Source: Camelus ferus (taxonomy: Eukaryota). Taken from it: 64,000 nt of DNA. Each line of letters begins with the position of its first letter. Position 1 is the stretch's first letter. A program made the translations under genes and the position numbers. The DNA lies in the NCBI RefSeq assembly GCF_009834535.1, contig NC_045696.1:50408001-50472000 (forward strand). Direction: 5' to 3'. Positions 52,805-64,000 of the stretch are shown in pieces. The notes under the pieces are model-generated. The model was not told the origin of the DNA. It made no database searches and saw only the letters and a list, made by a program, of their open reading frames with translations.

Positions 52805-54197
52805 TATTTTTTTTTCCAGGAACATCCATCCATGTTGCTGCAAATGGCGTTATGCTGTCATTTTTATGGCTGAATACTATTCCATTGTATAAATATACCA
52901 CATCTTCTTTATCCAGTTATCCATTGATGGACATTTAGGCTGTTTCCATGTCTTGGCTATTGTAAATAGTGCTGCTATGAACTTTGGGGTGCAGGTGTCA
53001 TCCTGAAGTAGGGTTCCTTCTGGATATAAGCCCAGGAGTGGGATTCCTGGGTCATGTGGTAAGTCTATTCCTAGTCTTCTGAGGAATCTCCATACTGTTT
53101 TCCATAGTGGCTGCACCAGACTGCATTCCCACCAGCAGTGTAGGAGGGTTCCCCTTTCTCCACACCCTCTCCAGCATTAATCATTTGTGGACCTTTGAAT
53201 GATGGCCATTCTGGCTGGTGTGAGGTGATACCTCATCCTAGTTTTGATTTACATTTCTCTGATAATTAGTGATATTGAGCATTTTTTCATGTGCCTGTTG
53301 ATCATTTGTATTTCTTCCTTGGAGAATTGCTTGTTGAGGTCTTCTGCCCATTTTTGGATTGAGTGGTTTGTTTTTTTCTTATTAAGTCATATGAGCTGCT
53401 TATATATTCTGGAGATCAAGCCTTTGTCGGTTTCATCATTTGCAAAAATTTTCTCCCGTTCTGTAGGTTGTTGTTTTGTTTTACTTATGGTTTCCTTTGC
53501 TGTGCAGAATCTTGTAAGTTTAATTAGGTCCCATTTGTTTATTCTTTCTTTTATTTCTATTGCTTGGGTAGACTGCCCTAGGAGAACATTTTTGAGAGGT
53601 ATGTGAGATAATGTTTTGCCTATATTTTCTTCTAGGAGGTTTATTGTATCTTGTCTTAATGTTTAAGTCTTTGATCCATTGTGAGTTGATTTTTGTGTAT
53701 GGTGTAAGGGAGTGTTCTAGCTTCATTGATTTACATGCTGCTGTCCAATTTTCCCATAACGCCATTTGCAGCAATATGAATTTTCCTGGAGAATGTCATT
53801 CTAAGTGAAGTAAGCCAGGAAGAGAAAGAAAAATACCATATGAGATCACTCATACGTGGAATCTAAAAAAAAAAAATGAACATAAATACAAAACAGAAAC
53901 AGACTCATAAACATAGAATACAAACTTGTGGTTGCCAAGGGGGTGGGGGGTGGGAAGGGACAGACTGGGATTTCAAAATTTGTAGATACTGACAGGCATA
54001 TGTAGAATAGATAAACAAGATTATACTGTATAGCACAGGGAAATACATACAAAATCTTGTGGTAGCTCACAGCAAAAAAAAAATTTGACAATGAATATAC
54101 ATATGTTCATGTATAATTGAAAAATTGTGCTCTACATTGGAATTTGACACAACATTGTAAAATGACTATAACTCAATAAAAAATGTTTTTAAAAAAG
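52805..54197. mobile_element. 5'-inverted L1 insertion (antisense 52816-53754, sense 53755-54197)
   Basis: ORF2 C-terminal peptides on the minus strand ([11 protein letters not shown]..., [25 protein letters not shown]), then a sense 3' UTR with poly-A; TSD ttaaaattct at 52795-52804 and 54198-54207. Confidence 0.85.
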
Positions 54198-56865
54198 TTA
54201 AAATTCTCAAATGAGTTACAAAAAAACAGCTGTATCTTCTTTCTAAAAAAGCTATAGTTTCTTTATAAAAGGTGTGCCTAAAATAAAATGTCACAGGAAA
54301 GTTAAAAATAAAAAGATAGACAACACGCCAGGCAAATACTAACCAGTGAAAGGATAGACTGGGCAGCCAAGGAGGGAGCTATTCAGATTTCCCATCAAAA
54401 GATAACATACCATTCAGTTCCAAGGAGTGCAATTAGCTGATGGTCATCAGTTGTTAACACCTCAGGCTTCATTTCAGCTTTTGAGCTGAAGCCATACTCT
54501 CTTCCCAACCAGTGACTAAGCATGAAGGGGTATCAGATTTTTGACCATCTGCCCATAGGAGATTCTTTTTACAAGCAATCTTTGCTCCAGGGCTTCTCAA
54601 TGGTTTGGCCATGACTTTGACGGTTCTGTATTGTGATCTGAGGCTCCCCCTCTTCTATCCTACTTCCTCGCCTCTTTGCTTTCACAAGTTTCATTCAGAT
54701 CAGCATCATGGTCTAAAGACTTGCCCTCCTCTATCCTGCTTCCAACCCTTTTAATCTTTCAAAGGTGAAACCTCTCTCGTCCAATTAACCTTTATCTCGA
54801 CTAACCCCATCTCACCCTCTGCTTCCTGGATTACCTGACACACCTGATCCAATCTTTAGATATTCTGATTCAGCAGGTCTAAAGTAGATTTGGGAAATTT
54901 ATATAATTTTTTTTATTTCCCTACATGATTCTGATATTCAACTATGTTTAACACCCCTGTAATGGAAAATTTTAATACATTTAGTTCCTCTACAGTGTAA
55001 TTTGACATTTATAAATTATCTTGAAATCTTCACTATGGTGTCATTTGACATGGTTGTTTTGACATTATCAAGTTAAGATGTAAAATATTTAAACAGATAT
55101 TCTTGAACCTAACTAAGAGTGAAACTCATCCCAATGAGAGGATGGATGAAGAATTAAGAAAATGGCAAAAACAGGGTTATGATGTCTATTGGGCACACCA
55201 CTTCGTAATATTTATATGCAGAAACTTAATGGACTGGTTTTTTGGCCAATCAAAATGGTTTGGTCAAAATATCATGTCCCAAGTGTTATTATATTAGTTT
55301 TACATGCAAAATAGACTAAAAGTCCTTTTAAGAATAAAGCCTAGTGTAACCAAAATGTCTTCAGGGAGACCAACCTATTAAGAAAACAAAATAGCTGTCT
55401 TAGATGTTTCAAATGACACAATTAAAGAATGAATGAATTTTTGTTTTAATTTCTACCATGTTGAAACATTTTAATTTTCAGTATCATTTTTCCTGCTTTG
55501 GAGTAAATAGACTTATTTTTCATAATTGTTCATAATTAAATTATATTTTTCATAATATTAAAAATGATTAATATACACATTCCCAATATTTTATTCCATA
55601 GAAAAATGGAAGAAAGGGTCATGTCATCCCATGGCTATTCCCTTAGCACAAAGACCATATTTTATAGATATCCAAAGTCCTCCATAATGCATATTTAGCT
55701 GGTTATATAGCCAATAAACATTTGTTACTTGATAAATACATCACAATAAAGTGTACACCATAAAAATACACACTTCCTGTTTATCACATCTGCAAAACTA
55801 TTAGGCATTAGATATCAATACTTCTAATGAGATACAATAATCTCAGAAGAGGCTAATGTCCTCATATGTGTGTCCTCTCTCTCACACACACACATAAAAC
55901 ATGACAGAAAAATATAAATTCAGTTTTATTAAATAGTGAAATTCTTATTATAATCTTATATTAGCTAACAGGAGGTTGGAATCTTACAAATATTAAAATA
56001 ACAGGAAAGGTGCATTCAAATAGGGTTGGGCAGAGAACGTAAATTGATGCAATTTGACGTATCAGTCAATAATAAAAATAATAAAAATGCACAAACCCTT
56101 TGACCTGGCAATTTCACTCAAGGAAATTATCTTACAAATATACTCAAACAAACACAGAGAGATATAAGCACAAGAAACATTCTATGTAGTATTGTTTATA
56201 CTAGCAGAATTAACAAAACTTCATCTAAATGTCTATCACCAGGGTTAATTTAATTAACCAGACATACAATGGAATTTTATGTAACCATTAAGAAGAATGA
56301 GGTAGCTCTGCTTGGGTTGATATAAAAGATCTACAAGATATGTTACATTATTAGCTTTCTATAAGTACAGAACACAATTATAGTATGTTCCCATTTGTGT
56401 CTTGACAAAGATATGTATATGTAAATAAACATATAAATGTACACATATACTTGCACATATACATATGACACACACACATAGACATTTTCTATAAGATTAC
56501 ATAAAAATTCTTGGTAATTGTTCCCTCTGTAGAGTTATTTGAGGAAACTCAGTTTTCCTCATCTACTGTACTGAACAATTTGTATATTTTATCATGAGCA
56601 GATGCTTTCTTTGTAATATTATCAGTTCTTCAGAGAACAAGCTTGTGACAGCTAAAATTCTAAAATTTCAATTGTATAAGGATACAAATGCAAATCCTCT
56701 AGAATGTCTCTGTCTTCTAAGAATCTTTGAAAAGCCAATTTCAAAATAGGCCTTCCATTCCAGAACTCTAAGAAAATCAAAACAGTATCTGTACTGCATC
56801 TTGATTCATTTGTCCTGGTGCTGGATTCCCGGAGCATATAAAGTATGGAGACTCATCCCATCAAC

Positions 56866-56961
56866 TTAACTTTGTGACACCTGAGACGTCTTCACCCTGT
56901 TTGTAGTATCATACAGGGGATTGTTCTTCTCTGTGTAGCTGGCATAGGGCTGCATTTCATC
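56866..56961 (-). CDS. CD200R1: CD200R1 terminal coding exon with three tyrosines and the NPLY PTB-binding motif
   Basis: ctttcttag|GAT GAA ATG CAG CCC TAT ... AAT CCC CTG TAT ... CAA AGT TAA; encodes DEMQPYASYTEKNNPLYDTTNRVKTSQVSQS*. Confidence 0.94.
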   Translation of the reverse strand, partial: DEMQPYASYTEKNNPLYDTTNRVKTSQVSQS

Positions 56962-59900
56962 CTAAGAAAGAACCCAAAGTTAAAATCAATTTAAATAAAC
57001 CCAGTAATCCTTAACTACCTGTGTTTTTCTAACAAGTGCCTGTGGCTTTAGTGTCTACAAATAGTGGTCTCTGGGCTTACATGAACGTAAGAGTGAGATT
57101 TTTCTAATATGTTATCAAAAATTATTTTAAGTCTCAGTGTGAGATCATAAAGGCTGTCTGAAAGTAGGAGTGGAGAAGAATGAAATGATATGAGAAGTAT
57201 TTCAGAGGAGAGGGTCAAAGACTTAATTAGCTACAGGTTATAAGAGATTATAGTGCTGGATAGGTTTTAAGCTTAATTGAGAGGGAAATGATGACAGTAT
57301 TGGAAAAAGGGAAGTCAAGAATGAGAGATGGTTTTTCCAAAGATTATAGTCCAAATGAGGCAAACACATCTTTTGTAGGATGCAGCTCTTGAAATAAAAA
57401 CATAGATTTGGAGTGTACATAAATAGTACTTGGTAGATAATTAACAAAATAAGAACACCTGACTATTTGCATTATAAAATTAGAAATTTTTACTTTTCAA
57501 CTAAAATGCTAATATTGATGCAAGTTACAAATTATGTGACTAGGTTTTCAGACTACATGGCTTAAAAGTTTGCAAATATTCTTTTTAATCTTATCTTACC
57601 TCTTCAACAACTGGAGTAGGTTCTGTTTTTTTTAATTTACATTTTCTGCAAAAATAAAAATAAGCTGGAGTGAATGTCAAAACATTATTAATCAGATTGA
57701 GAATGGAAAGACAAACCAATATACTATTGACAATTGTGGTTCATTTTTATAGAAGCCATAATAAATCAGAAATGAACTATCAGAAATGAGTAAAGAATAC
57801 TGCTTGTAGTTAATAAATCCAAATAAGATCATTCTGGATTTTGGAAAGGGAAGTGAAATTATGCAAAGAATCTGGATGTAATAGAATATATATGACACCA
57901 TCTTTGGTACATGAAGTGAATTATTATAATTCTTTTCCCAAGTAGAAAAAAGCATACACTCTCTCTCCCAAGATCCTGTCCTAAATGGCCTAACTCACTA
58001 TGCTTGCATGTCTAAGTAACCTAGAAAAATCCCCCTTGTCATTGAGAGTAGTCCAAGCCTATTATTTTCAGGACATGCTTCTCTTTTTTTTATATATATA
58101 ATCATTTTACAATGTTGTGTCAAATTCCAGTGTAGAGCACAATTTTTCAGTTATACGTGGACATACATATATTCATTGTCACATTGTTTTCTCTGTGAGC
58201 TGCCATAAGATCTTGTATATATTTCCCTGTGCTATACAGTATAATCTTGTTTATCTATTCTACATTTTGAAATCCCAGTCTGTCCCTTCCCACTCCCTGC
58301 CCCCTTGGCAACCACAAGTTTGTATTCTATGTCTATGAGTCTGTTTCTGTTCTGTATTTATGCTTTTATTTTTGTTTTTGTTTTTTTGATTCTGTATATG
58401 AGCGATCTTATATGGTATTTTTCTTTCTCTTTCTGGCTTACTTCACTTAGAATGACATTCTCTAGGAACATCCATGTTGCTGCAAATGGCATTATGTTGT
58501 TGGTTTTTATGAGGACATGCTTCTTGATTATGAGAGAATTGATGTTAACATCTTAGTTTTGCCAAGTCAGTCAGTTCCATATTTCTGATTCCTTTCTAAC
58601 CCAATAGAGAGGAGAAGAGAAAAAAAACATCAGTCAGTACCTGCAGCCATGGATTTTCAAAAGCCAAATGGATCCCACGATGACCAAGACAATAAACACA
58701 GGGGAGGTGATATATAAAATTCTTAGGTGTTCTATTCTGGTACCTGTAAATATATACACAAAAATACATGATTTAATAAAAATTATTCAGCACTAGAAGG
58801 AAATGAGTATCAAGCCATGAAATTAGGGAGGAAATATAAAAGCAGATGACTAAGTGAAAGAAGCCAATCTTGAAAAGGCTAAATACTGTGTGATTCCAAA
58901 CATGACATTCTGGAAAAAAGAAAACCATGGAGTAAAAAGTTCAGGGATCATTAAAGGTTAGGGCGGAAGGAGGGATGAATAGGTGGAGCACAGAGGATTT
59001 TTAAAGCAGCGAAACTGCTCATGGTGAATACATGTCATTTATACGTTTGTCAGAACTCATAGAATGTGCACCTAGAGTGAACCCTACTGTGAACTATGGA
59101 CTTTGAGTGAAAATGATGTATATTAAGGTAGGCTCATTGACTTTAACAAATGTACCACTGCACTGTAAAGGGTGAAGATAGATGGGGAGGCTGAGCATGC
59201 GTAGGGGCACGGGTTACCTTCCACTCAATATTGCTGTCATCCTAGAACAACCCTAAAAGACAAAGTCTATTTTAAAATTATACATATACATATATATGTA
59301 TACGTATGTATATTTATATGGCTGAAGAATGTCTCAGTACATGAAATTAATTTCTGCGATTTTATTTTTAAAACTTTTGACTGATTAATAGTTCAAATAA
59401 TTGTTATAATAAAATTGCTTTAAGATTTCAGGCTCAAGTTTTTAGCAAGACATCATCTTATGTCAGGATTTCATTTTTTTAAGGATTCACATGGGGAATT
59501 CCTGTAGGAGAGAGGTGAAATTTAGATCTCTTCTGTTACAGTAATAGAGTGTGTCTCATCTCCAATATTCAGAAATAAATAGGGAGTTGTAAGGAAGGTA
59601 GTTGGAAAAATAACCCTCATTCTGAAATCACCTTTCTTCCAGGGCATCGAAACTGGAATGAAGGCACGGCAGCAACTTTAAATGATTCATTAACTGCTGG
59701 CAGCAATATAAAGCTCAATCTGACAAGAGGACAAGTCAACAAAGGAACTGCCAACTCTGAGAAGTTTTAAGACTGTACTCCTGGTGTTTTGCGAATGTGG
59801 GCAGGGCAGCAGACAGAGGTGAGTGGAAGCTGCATCCAGTCCCTCCACCTTCCTTCAGTATTTTGTTTTCAAATATTGACTTTTATTTGAAAAAGAAACA

Positions 59901-60878
59901 GTTAAAAAGAAAGTTTTTACAGTTAAAAATGACAACATAGTTTTGAAACCCTCTCTTTCAAACTAATGGGCTTTCATTCAAAGTGCACTAGCAGAGGTGA
60001 AGGTGCACCCTGCAAGGAAGACATACCTGCCCTGGGTGGGAGTGGACGAGAGAGTCCCTTCAATTCTGAGATTCTATAAATACGAAGTCACATCGTAATT
60101 CTGGGTGGTCGGAGTTCATACATAACCAGGGCGCGATTACTCTTCTCAGTAAATGCTGCTAAACTCTTTAAAATATGTATATATAACTTGAAGAATGGAT
60201 ATTAGAAAATGGTGGCTTAAACATACGGGTTTTTCTCTTCTCCTTTCTTAACACTAAAATATCAGTAGATTAATTTTTTTAAGTATAGGTTTTCAAAGAC
60301 AAAGATAACATGAAGAAAGACAAGAGCAAATGAAAGATTTCAACTTGTTTTTAGGTGGAAAATGGACAGAAGAATGGCAAATAATTCAGACTGAAATAGA
60401 GGGGAGAGGATAGCTCAAGTGATAGAGTGCTCGCTTAGCATGCATGAGATCCTGGGTTCAATCCCCAATACCTCCTCCAAAAATAAAAGTAAATGAATAA
60501 ACCTAATTACCTCCCCATACACAAAATAAATAAAACAAAGAAAAATTTTTTAAAAAGAAAGAAAGAAATTTTAAAAAAAATTTAGAGTGAAATAAGTGTA
60601 ATCCTTAGTGAAGACTCTAGAGCAGGAAGGACCAAACATAGAGAAGAGGGAATCTGGGGAGTGAAGTGTGGGGCTAAAAGTTGGAAGCTTCCCTGAAAGT
60701 CTTGATTAAGAACTGATAAGTTGCCAAGTGTCCTCCCTTATTGTGCAGCCAGGTCACTACACCTCACCCCGCCAGCAGAAAACAGAAAGTATGGCCCAAA
60801 TAAAGGTGAACCGGAGAAACTCCCAGAGTCAAGGATCCAGACATAATGAATGGTGGAGACAAAGCGTCAGACCACACA

Positions 60879-60923
<45 letters not shown>

Positions 60924-63159
60924 CTCTCCTCCCTGCTCCCAGAACACTGACAGTCAGGATTATCCTTCCAAAGCAAGACTGGAGGGTTATTTTTTTGCAG
61001 AGCCTGAACAACCTCAGTGAAAAGAACCTTCAGATACATAAGGAAATAAGGAATCCCCAATTTTAAAAAAAATCACCTCATTTTCACCCTATGGAAGCCT
61101 ACTAGTTGACAAGTCCACTCATAGATAACATAGCTTCCAGTCAGCTACTTGGTGCTCACTTGGAAGTGAATGGATAGCCAAAGAGTTAAGGAAAGCCTTG
61201 TATGTGGAAGAAAGATTAAAACAAATGTCGGGAAGGCAGAAGGAACTCAGATTAAATAGGTTTGCATCAAGCAGAGGATGGGAGGAAAGAAGACATCCAG
61301 GACAATAGCTGTGCAGCAGGTCTTGTGACCAGCCAGGCCAGATAAGAGCAGGGGCGTGTAAAACTGGAGGAAGAATGTCATCAAGAAAAAAAGAGAACTG
61401 ACAGATTTCCTAAAAAATCTGACCATGTGGAAAGCAGTATTAAGAGTCATTTTCTAAGTTTTTTTAGTGAGTTAATGATAATTAACAATAGGTACATGCA
61501 TTATAAGAAAACAAAAAATTAAAGCAATTAAGACCAAGAAAAACAAAAAAGTTTTCAAAAATGAAAGTGAGTTTACTTCTTGATTCAGCACTTAACAAAA
61601 CATACCCTTTCAAAATAATGTAAACACTAGCTATCTAATTTAATGAAAAATTGCTGTTTTACTGCATATGAAGGATGAGGGGAGGGAAGAAGGTAAAGTT
61701 AAATCCTCATCTACCATAAGAGGAAGTGGGTCTATTATATCTAAATTCCCTATATTCAGAAATAGCACCATAACCTTGTTGTTTATAAAAACTGAGTCAA
61801 TTACTAGAAGAAACACTTGAATATTCAAAAGTACTTTCATCTGGAGATTTTTGTATGAATGGAGAGGTAGGGGTGGGGAGGCAGAGTAGGCTAACATTTT
61901 TCATTATAACCTTATAGAACTACATAGAATTCAAAGTATGTGAGTTATGTTGATTAAAATAACATTTTTAATAATAAGGCATAAGAATAGGATGGGAGCA
62001 GAGAGTAGAGAAGCTAAATAATGAACCATAGATGCTACTATAAGACATTAAGAAATTTCACCAGAAGAGCCTGGAGGAGAAAATTCTACCAGACTAAAAA
62101 TTCATGAAGGTAACTTATGAGTGATTTTATTACCCTAATAAAATTATAATTATTTGTTTAAGAGTACATTTTATCTTGCAGTTAAAGCCATAATTATTTA
62201 TTTTAAAGTATATTACACATGCCAATTTAGTAATACAGAAGGGAACATTAAAAGCAGAATCAGAAAGCCATTCTTTAGTATGGCTTTTTACAACAAATTT
62301 CTCTATTATTCTTCTAGACAAATCTCTTTATTTTGAAGAGGAGAGGGAGATAAAGTAGAGGGTGGAAAGGACATTCTTGAATGAAATTTTTCTGCACATT
62401 CCTTTTTCCTTCTTAAGGTTAACTCCTCTGAAAGAATGGAAAAATCAAACACAAAACTAGAACAATTACTAACCTTGATTCAACTGTATGGTCAGACTCT
62501 TGTTGCCAGTCAAGTGGGAGACAGAGCAGGACACATTCTGTACATGGTGGCCCTCCCAGTGGCAGGTACTCTGGACAGTCACTGTGCCATTGCCCCAGGG
62601 TTCTTGAACAGTGGTACAAGCCCTCTCTGGGGTCCAGGAGATCTGTGCAGCTGGCTTCCCTGCAGCTGCCTTGCACACTGCAGTTCCATCCTTGCTTTGA
62701 ACCAGGGTCACCTCAGGGGGCACTGCAGAAATGTAGGGAAAATGCTTCAGTCTTAACACATGGGACGTGAAATTTAGAGAGAGATTTGCTTCAGTCCCAA
62801 ATCTGGTTATCTGAAACACCACAATATATAGTGTTTCTTACCTAAGACTTGGAGGTGATATCCATGATAGAAATTCCCATTAAGTGTTACCATTTCACAC
62901 TTGTAATACCCATCGTGAGTGATGGCCACTGGGTTAATCTGAAGGGCAGGAATCTTGTCAGGTCTGGAGCCCCAGGTTATTATTCTCTCATCGGTGCAGT
63001 TTCCCTTTGTCTCATTTGTATCACCCCTGTAGACTCTGTTGCAGGGGGGCTTGTCTCTGAGGACTACTTCCCACGTTGTTAACAGCACAGCTGTACACAG
63101 CACAGGAGGGCAAGAGAGCACAGGCTTTGTATCCACTGGTACAGATCGTGTAGTGTTGA
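56866..63159 (-). CDS. CD200R1: CD200 receptor 1 (inhibitory), 5'-partial; coding exons 63159-62842, 62722-62474, 58743-58641, 57645-57600, 56961-56866
   Basis: Five GT-AG exons splice in frame (phases 1,1,1,2,0) into Ig-V + Ig-C2 + uncharged TM + tail RKCKLKKTEPTPVVEEDEMQPYASYTEKNNPLYDTTNRVKTSQVSQS*. This closely matches the recalled human CD200R1 tail. The signal and stalk exons lie beyond base 64000. Confidence 0.95.
57600..57645 (-). CDS. CD200R1: CD200R1 cytoplasmic exon 1 (46 bp)
   Basis: ttttgcag|A AAA TGT ... GAA GAG|gtaaga; encodes (R)KCKLKKTEPTPVVEE. Confidence 0.93.
58083..58511 (-). mobile_element. Young truncated L1 3' end in a CD200R1 intron
   Basis: TSD aggacatgcttct (58070-58082 and 58512-58524); same family as 45241-45514. 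Confidence 0.85.
58641..58743 (-). CDS. CD200R1: CD200R1 transmembrane exon (103 bp)
   Basis: tttacag|GT ACC AGA ... GGC TGC AG|gtactg; encodes GTRIEHLRILYITSPVFIVLVIVGSIWLLKIHGCR with no charged residue in the hydrophobic span. Absent from the ORF track. Confidence 0.93.
58790..59280 (+). mobile_element. Old L1 (L1MC-like) 3' end
   Basis: 'ctaagtgaaagaagccaatc...gtgaaccctactgtgaactatggactttgagtg'. Confidence 0.7.
60399..60578 (+). mobile_element. tRNA-derived SINE (camelid vic-1-like)
   Basis: ggggagaggatagctcaagtgatagag (A box) ... gggttcaatccc (B box), 'cctaattacctc' tail and A-rich end; imperfect TSD aatt(c/t)aga(c/g)tgaaata. Confidence 0.85.
60872..60921. repeat. (CA)n microsatellite
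   Basis: Long CA run with one interruption; shorter CA/TG runs at about 511-532, 24617-24657, 27678-27696, 46719-46739 and 51864-51882. Confidence 0.95.
62474..62722 (-). CDS. CD200R1: CD200R1 Ig C2-type domain exon (249 bp)
   Basis: ctgcag|TG CCC CCT GAG ... AAT CAA G|gttagt; encodes VPPEVTL...AVCKAAAGKPAAQISWTPE...GNGTVTVQSTCHW...NVSCSVSHLTGNKSL. Confidence 0.95.
62842..63159 (-). CDS. CD200R1: CD200R1 Ig V-type domain exon (318 bp)
   Basis: tgtccag|TC AAC ACT ... GTC TTA G|gtaaga; encodes VNTTRSVPVDTKPVLSCPP...WEVVLRDKPPC...NCTDERIITWGSRPD...HDGYYKCEMVTLNGNFYHGYHLQVL. Confidence 0.95.
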
Positions 63160-64000
63160 CTGGACACACACATACACACAAACAGAGAATTATAAGAGAA
63201 AAGCTTGATAAAGAAATTCATGTGTTAAAACTTATTCACAGCATATTCCATGAAGTTGTACTAGAACATTACTTTCCTGATGATCTTATTCCAGAAATAT
63301 TAGAATTATATAAGAAATTAACATTCATGAAATATATATATATAAAGTATTAAACCCATCCAAAGATTAACCATCTTTCTCTTGTATTATGTATCATTAG
63401 AGAAACAACATTTATTATATGTGTGACAAATTTTTTAAGGCATTATGAAATTAATTCAGGAATCTTGATATCTATGAAACAAACAGATGAGAAAACGGAA
63501 TCTAAATTAAAAGACAGTGTTCTGAATCTACTCTTTTGGCCACAGGACTATTAGATTTATCATATAATTCATACTCCTCACAGGGGAAAACGGAATAATT
63601 AGTGATGTGGTTTATCTCCTCCTAAGTTTTGATGAAAGTGAAAAAATCAGTAACATCAGAACTAAATACCTATCCATAAGGGTGGCTTTTCAGACAAATA
63701 TAAATGTGGAAAGATACAGTACTTTGATTAAAAATAACTAAGATGGCATTCAGGTTGAACAAGCTGGAAGGCTTTTTGTTTAATTTTTATTTGAAGAATT
63801 ACAAAGTCAGTGACATCAACAGATTTTAAAACAATCCGTAATTTCATTAGTTGGACCATCCCACAAAAATAAAAAATGATGATGCCTAATGGTAAGAGAT
63901 GCTTAGATGTATTTTTTCTGTTAAAAAAGTAACATAGTATATAAATATAAAACAAAGGGAAAATAAGTGTTTTCCTCTATAAATTTTCTGTTCAAAGGAT

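Larger units (their letters stand above)
62472..64000. repeat. Near-identical copy B (partner 30888-32412), running off the window end
   Basis: Direct comparison with copy A. Confidence 0.97.

Noticed and set aside
60401..60475. tRNA-like sequence with A and B boxes (also 40920-40991)
   Set aside because: It has a SINE tail, A-rich end and TSDs, so it is a tRNA-derived SINE rather than a tRNA gene.
1..64000. CRISPR arrays, operons or other prokaryotic systems
   Set aside because: The sequence is intron-containing mammalian DNA with no regularly spaced repeat-spacer arrays or dense coding regions.

Overview
Mammalian genomic DNA, most likely a camelid, judged from two vic-1-like tRNA-derived SINEs. 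The window holds the CD200 receptor paired-receptor locus on the minus strand. At about 56.9-63.2 kb lie the 3' five coding exons of the inhibitory receptor CD200R1 (Ig-V, Ig-C2, uncharged TM, cytoplasmic tail with PYASY...NPLY); its 5' exons are beyond the window end. At about 27.9-35.9 kb (candidate promoter near 48.6 kb) lies an activating-type paralogue, CD200R1L, with a TM lysine and a very short tail. Main observations: (1) the two genes share a roughly 99% identical tract of at least 1.5 kb that covers both Ig exons and introns and stops exactly at the C2-exon splice donor, consistent with recent gene conversion; (2) the only three exonic differences are all amino-acid changing and all in the V domain; (3) the CD200R1L signal-peptide exon carries two in-frame TAG stops, and a candidate mini-exon is frameshifted, so it looks pseudogenised or leaderless; (4) CD200R1 has a TAA where a Glu codon is expected, just downstream of NPLY. 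The rest is repeat-rich intergenic and intronic DNA: L1 (including a twin-primed 5'-inverted copy), MaLR and ERV LTRs, MER2, MIR/L2 and microsatellites. Repeat family names and cross-species comparisons come from recall, not from database searches. No wholly new class of system is evident.
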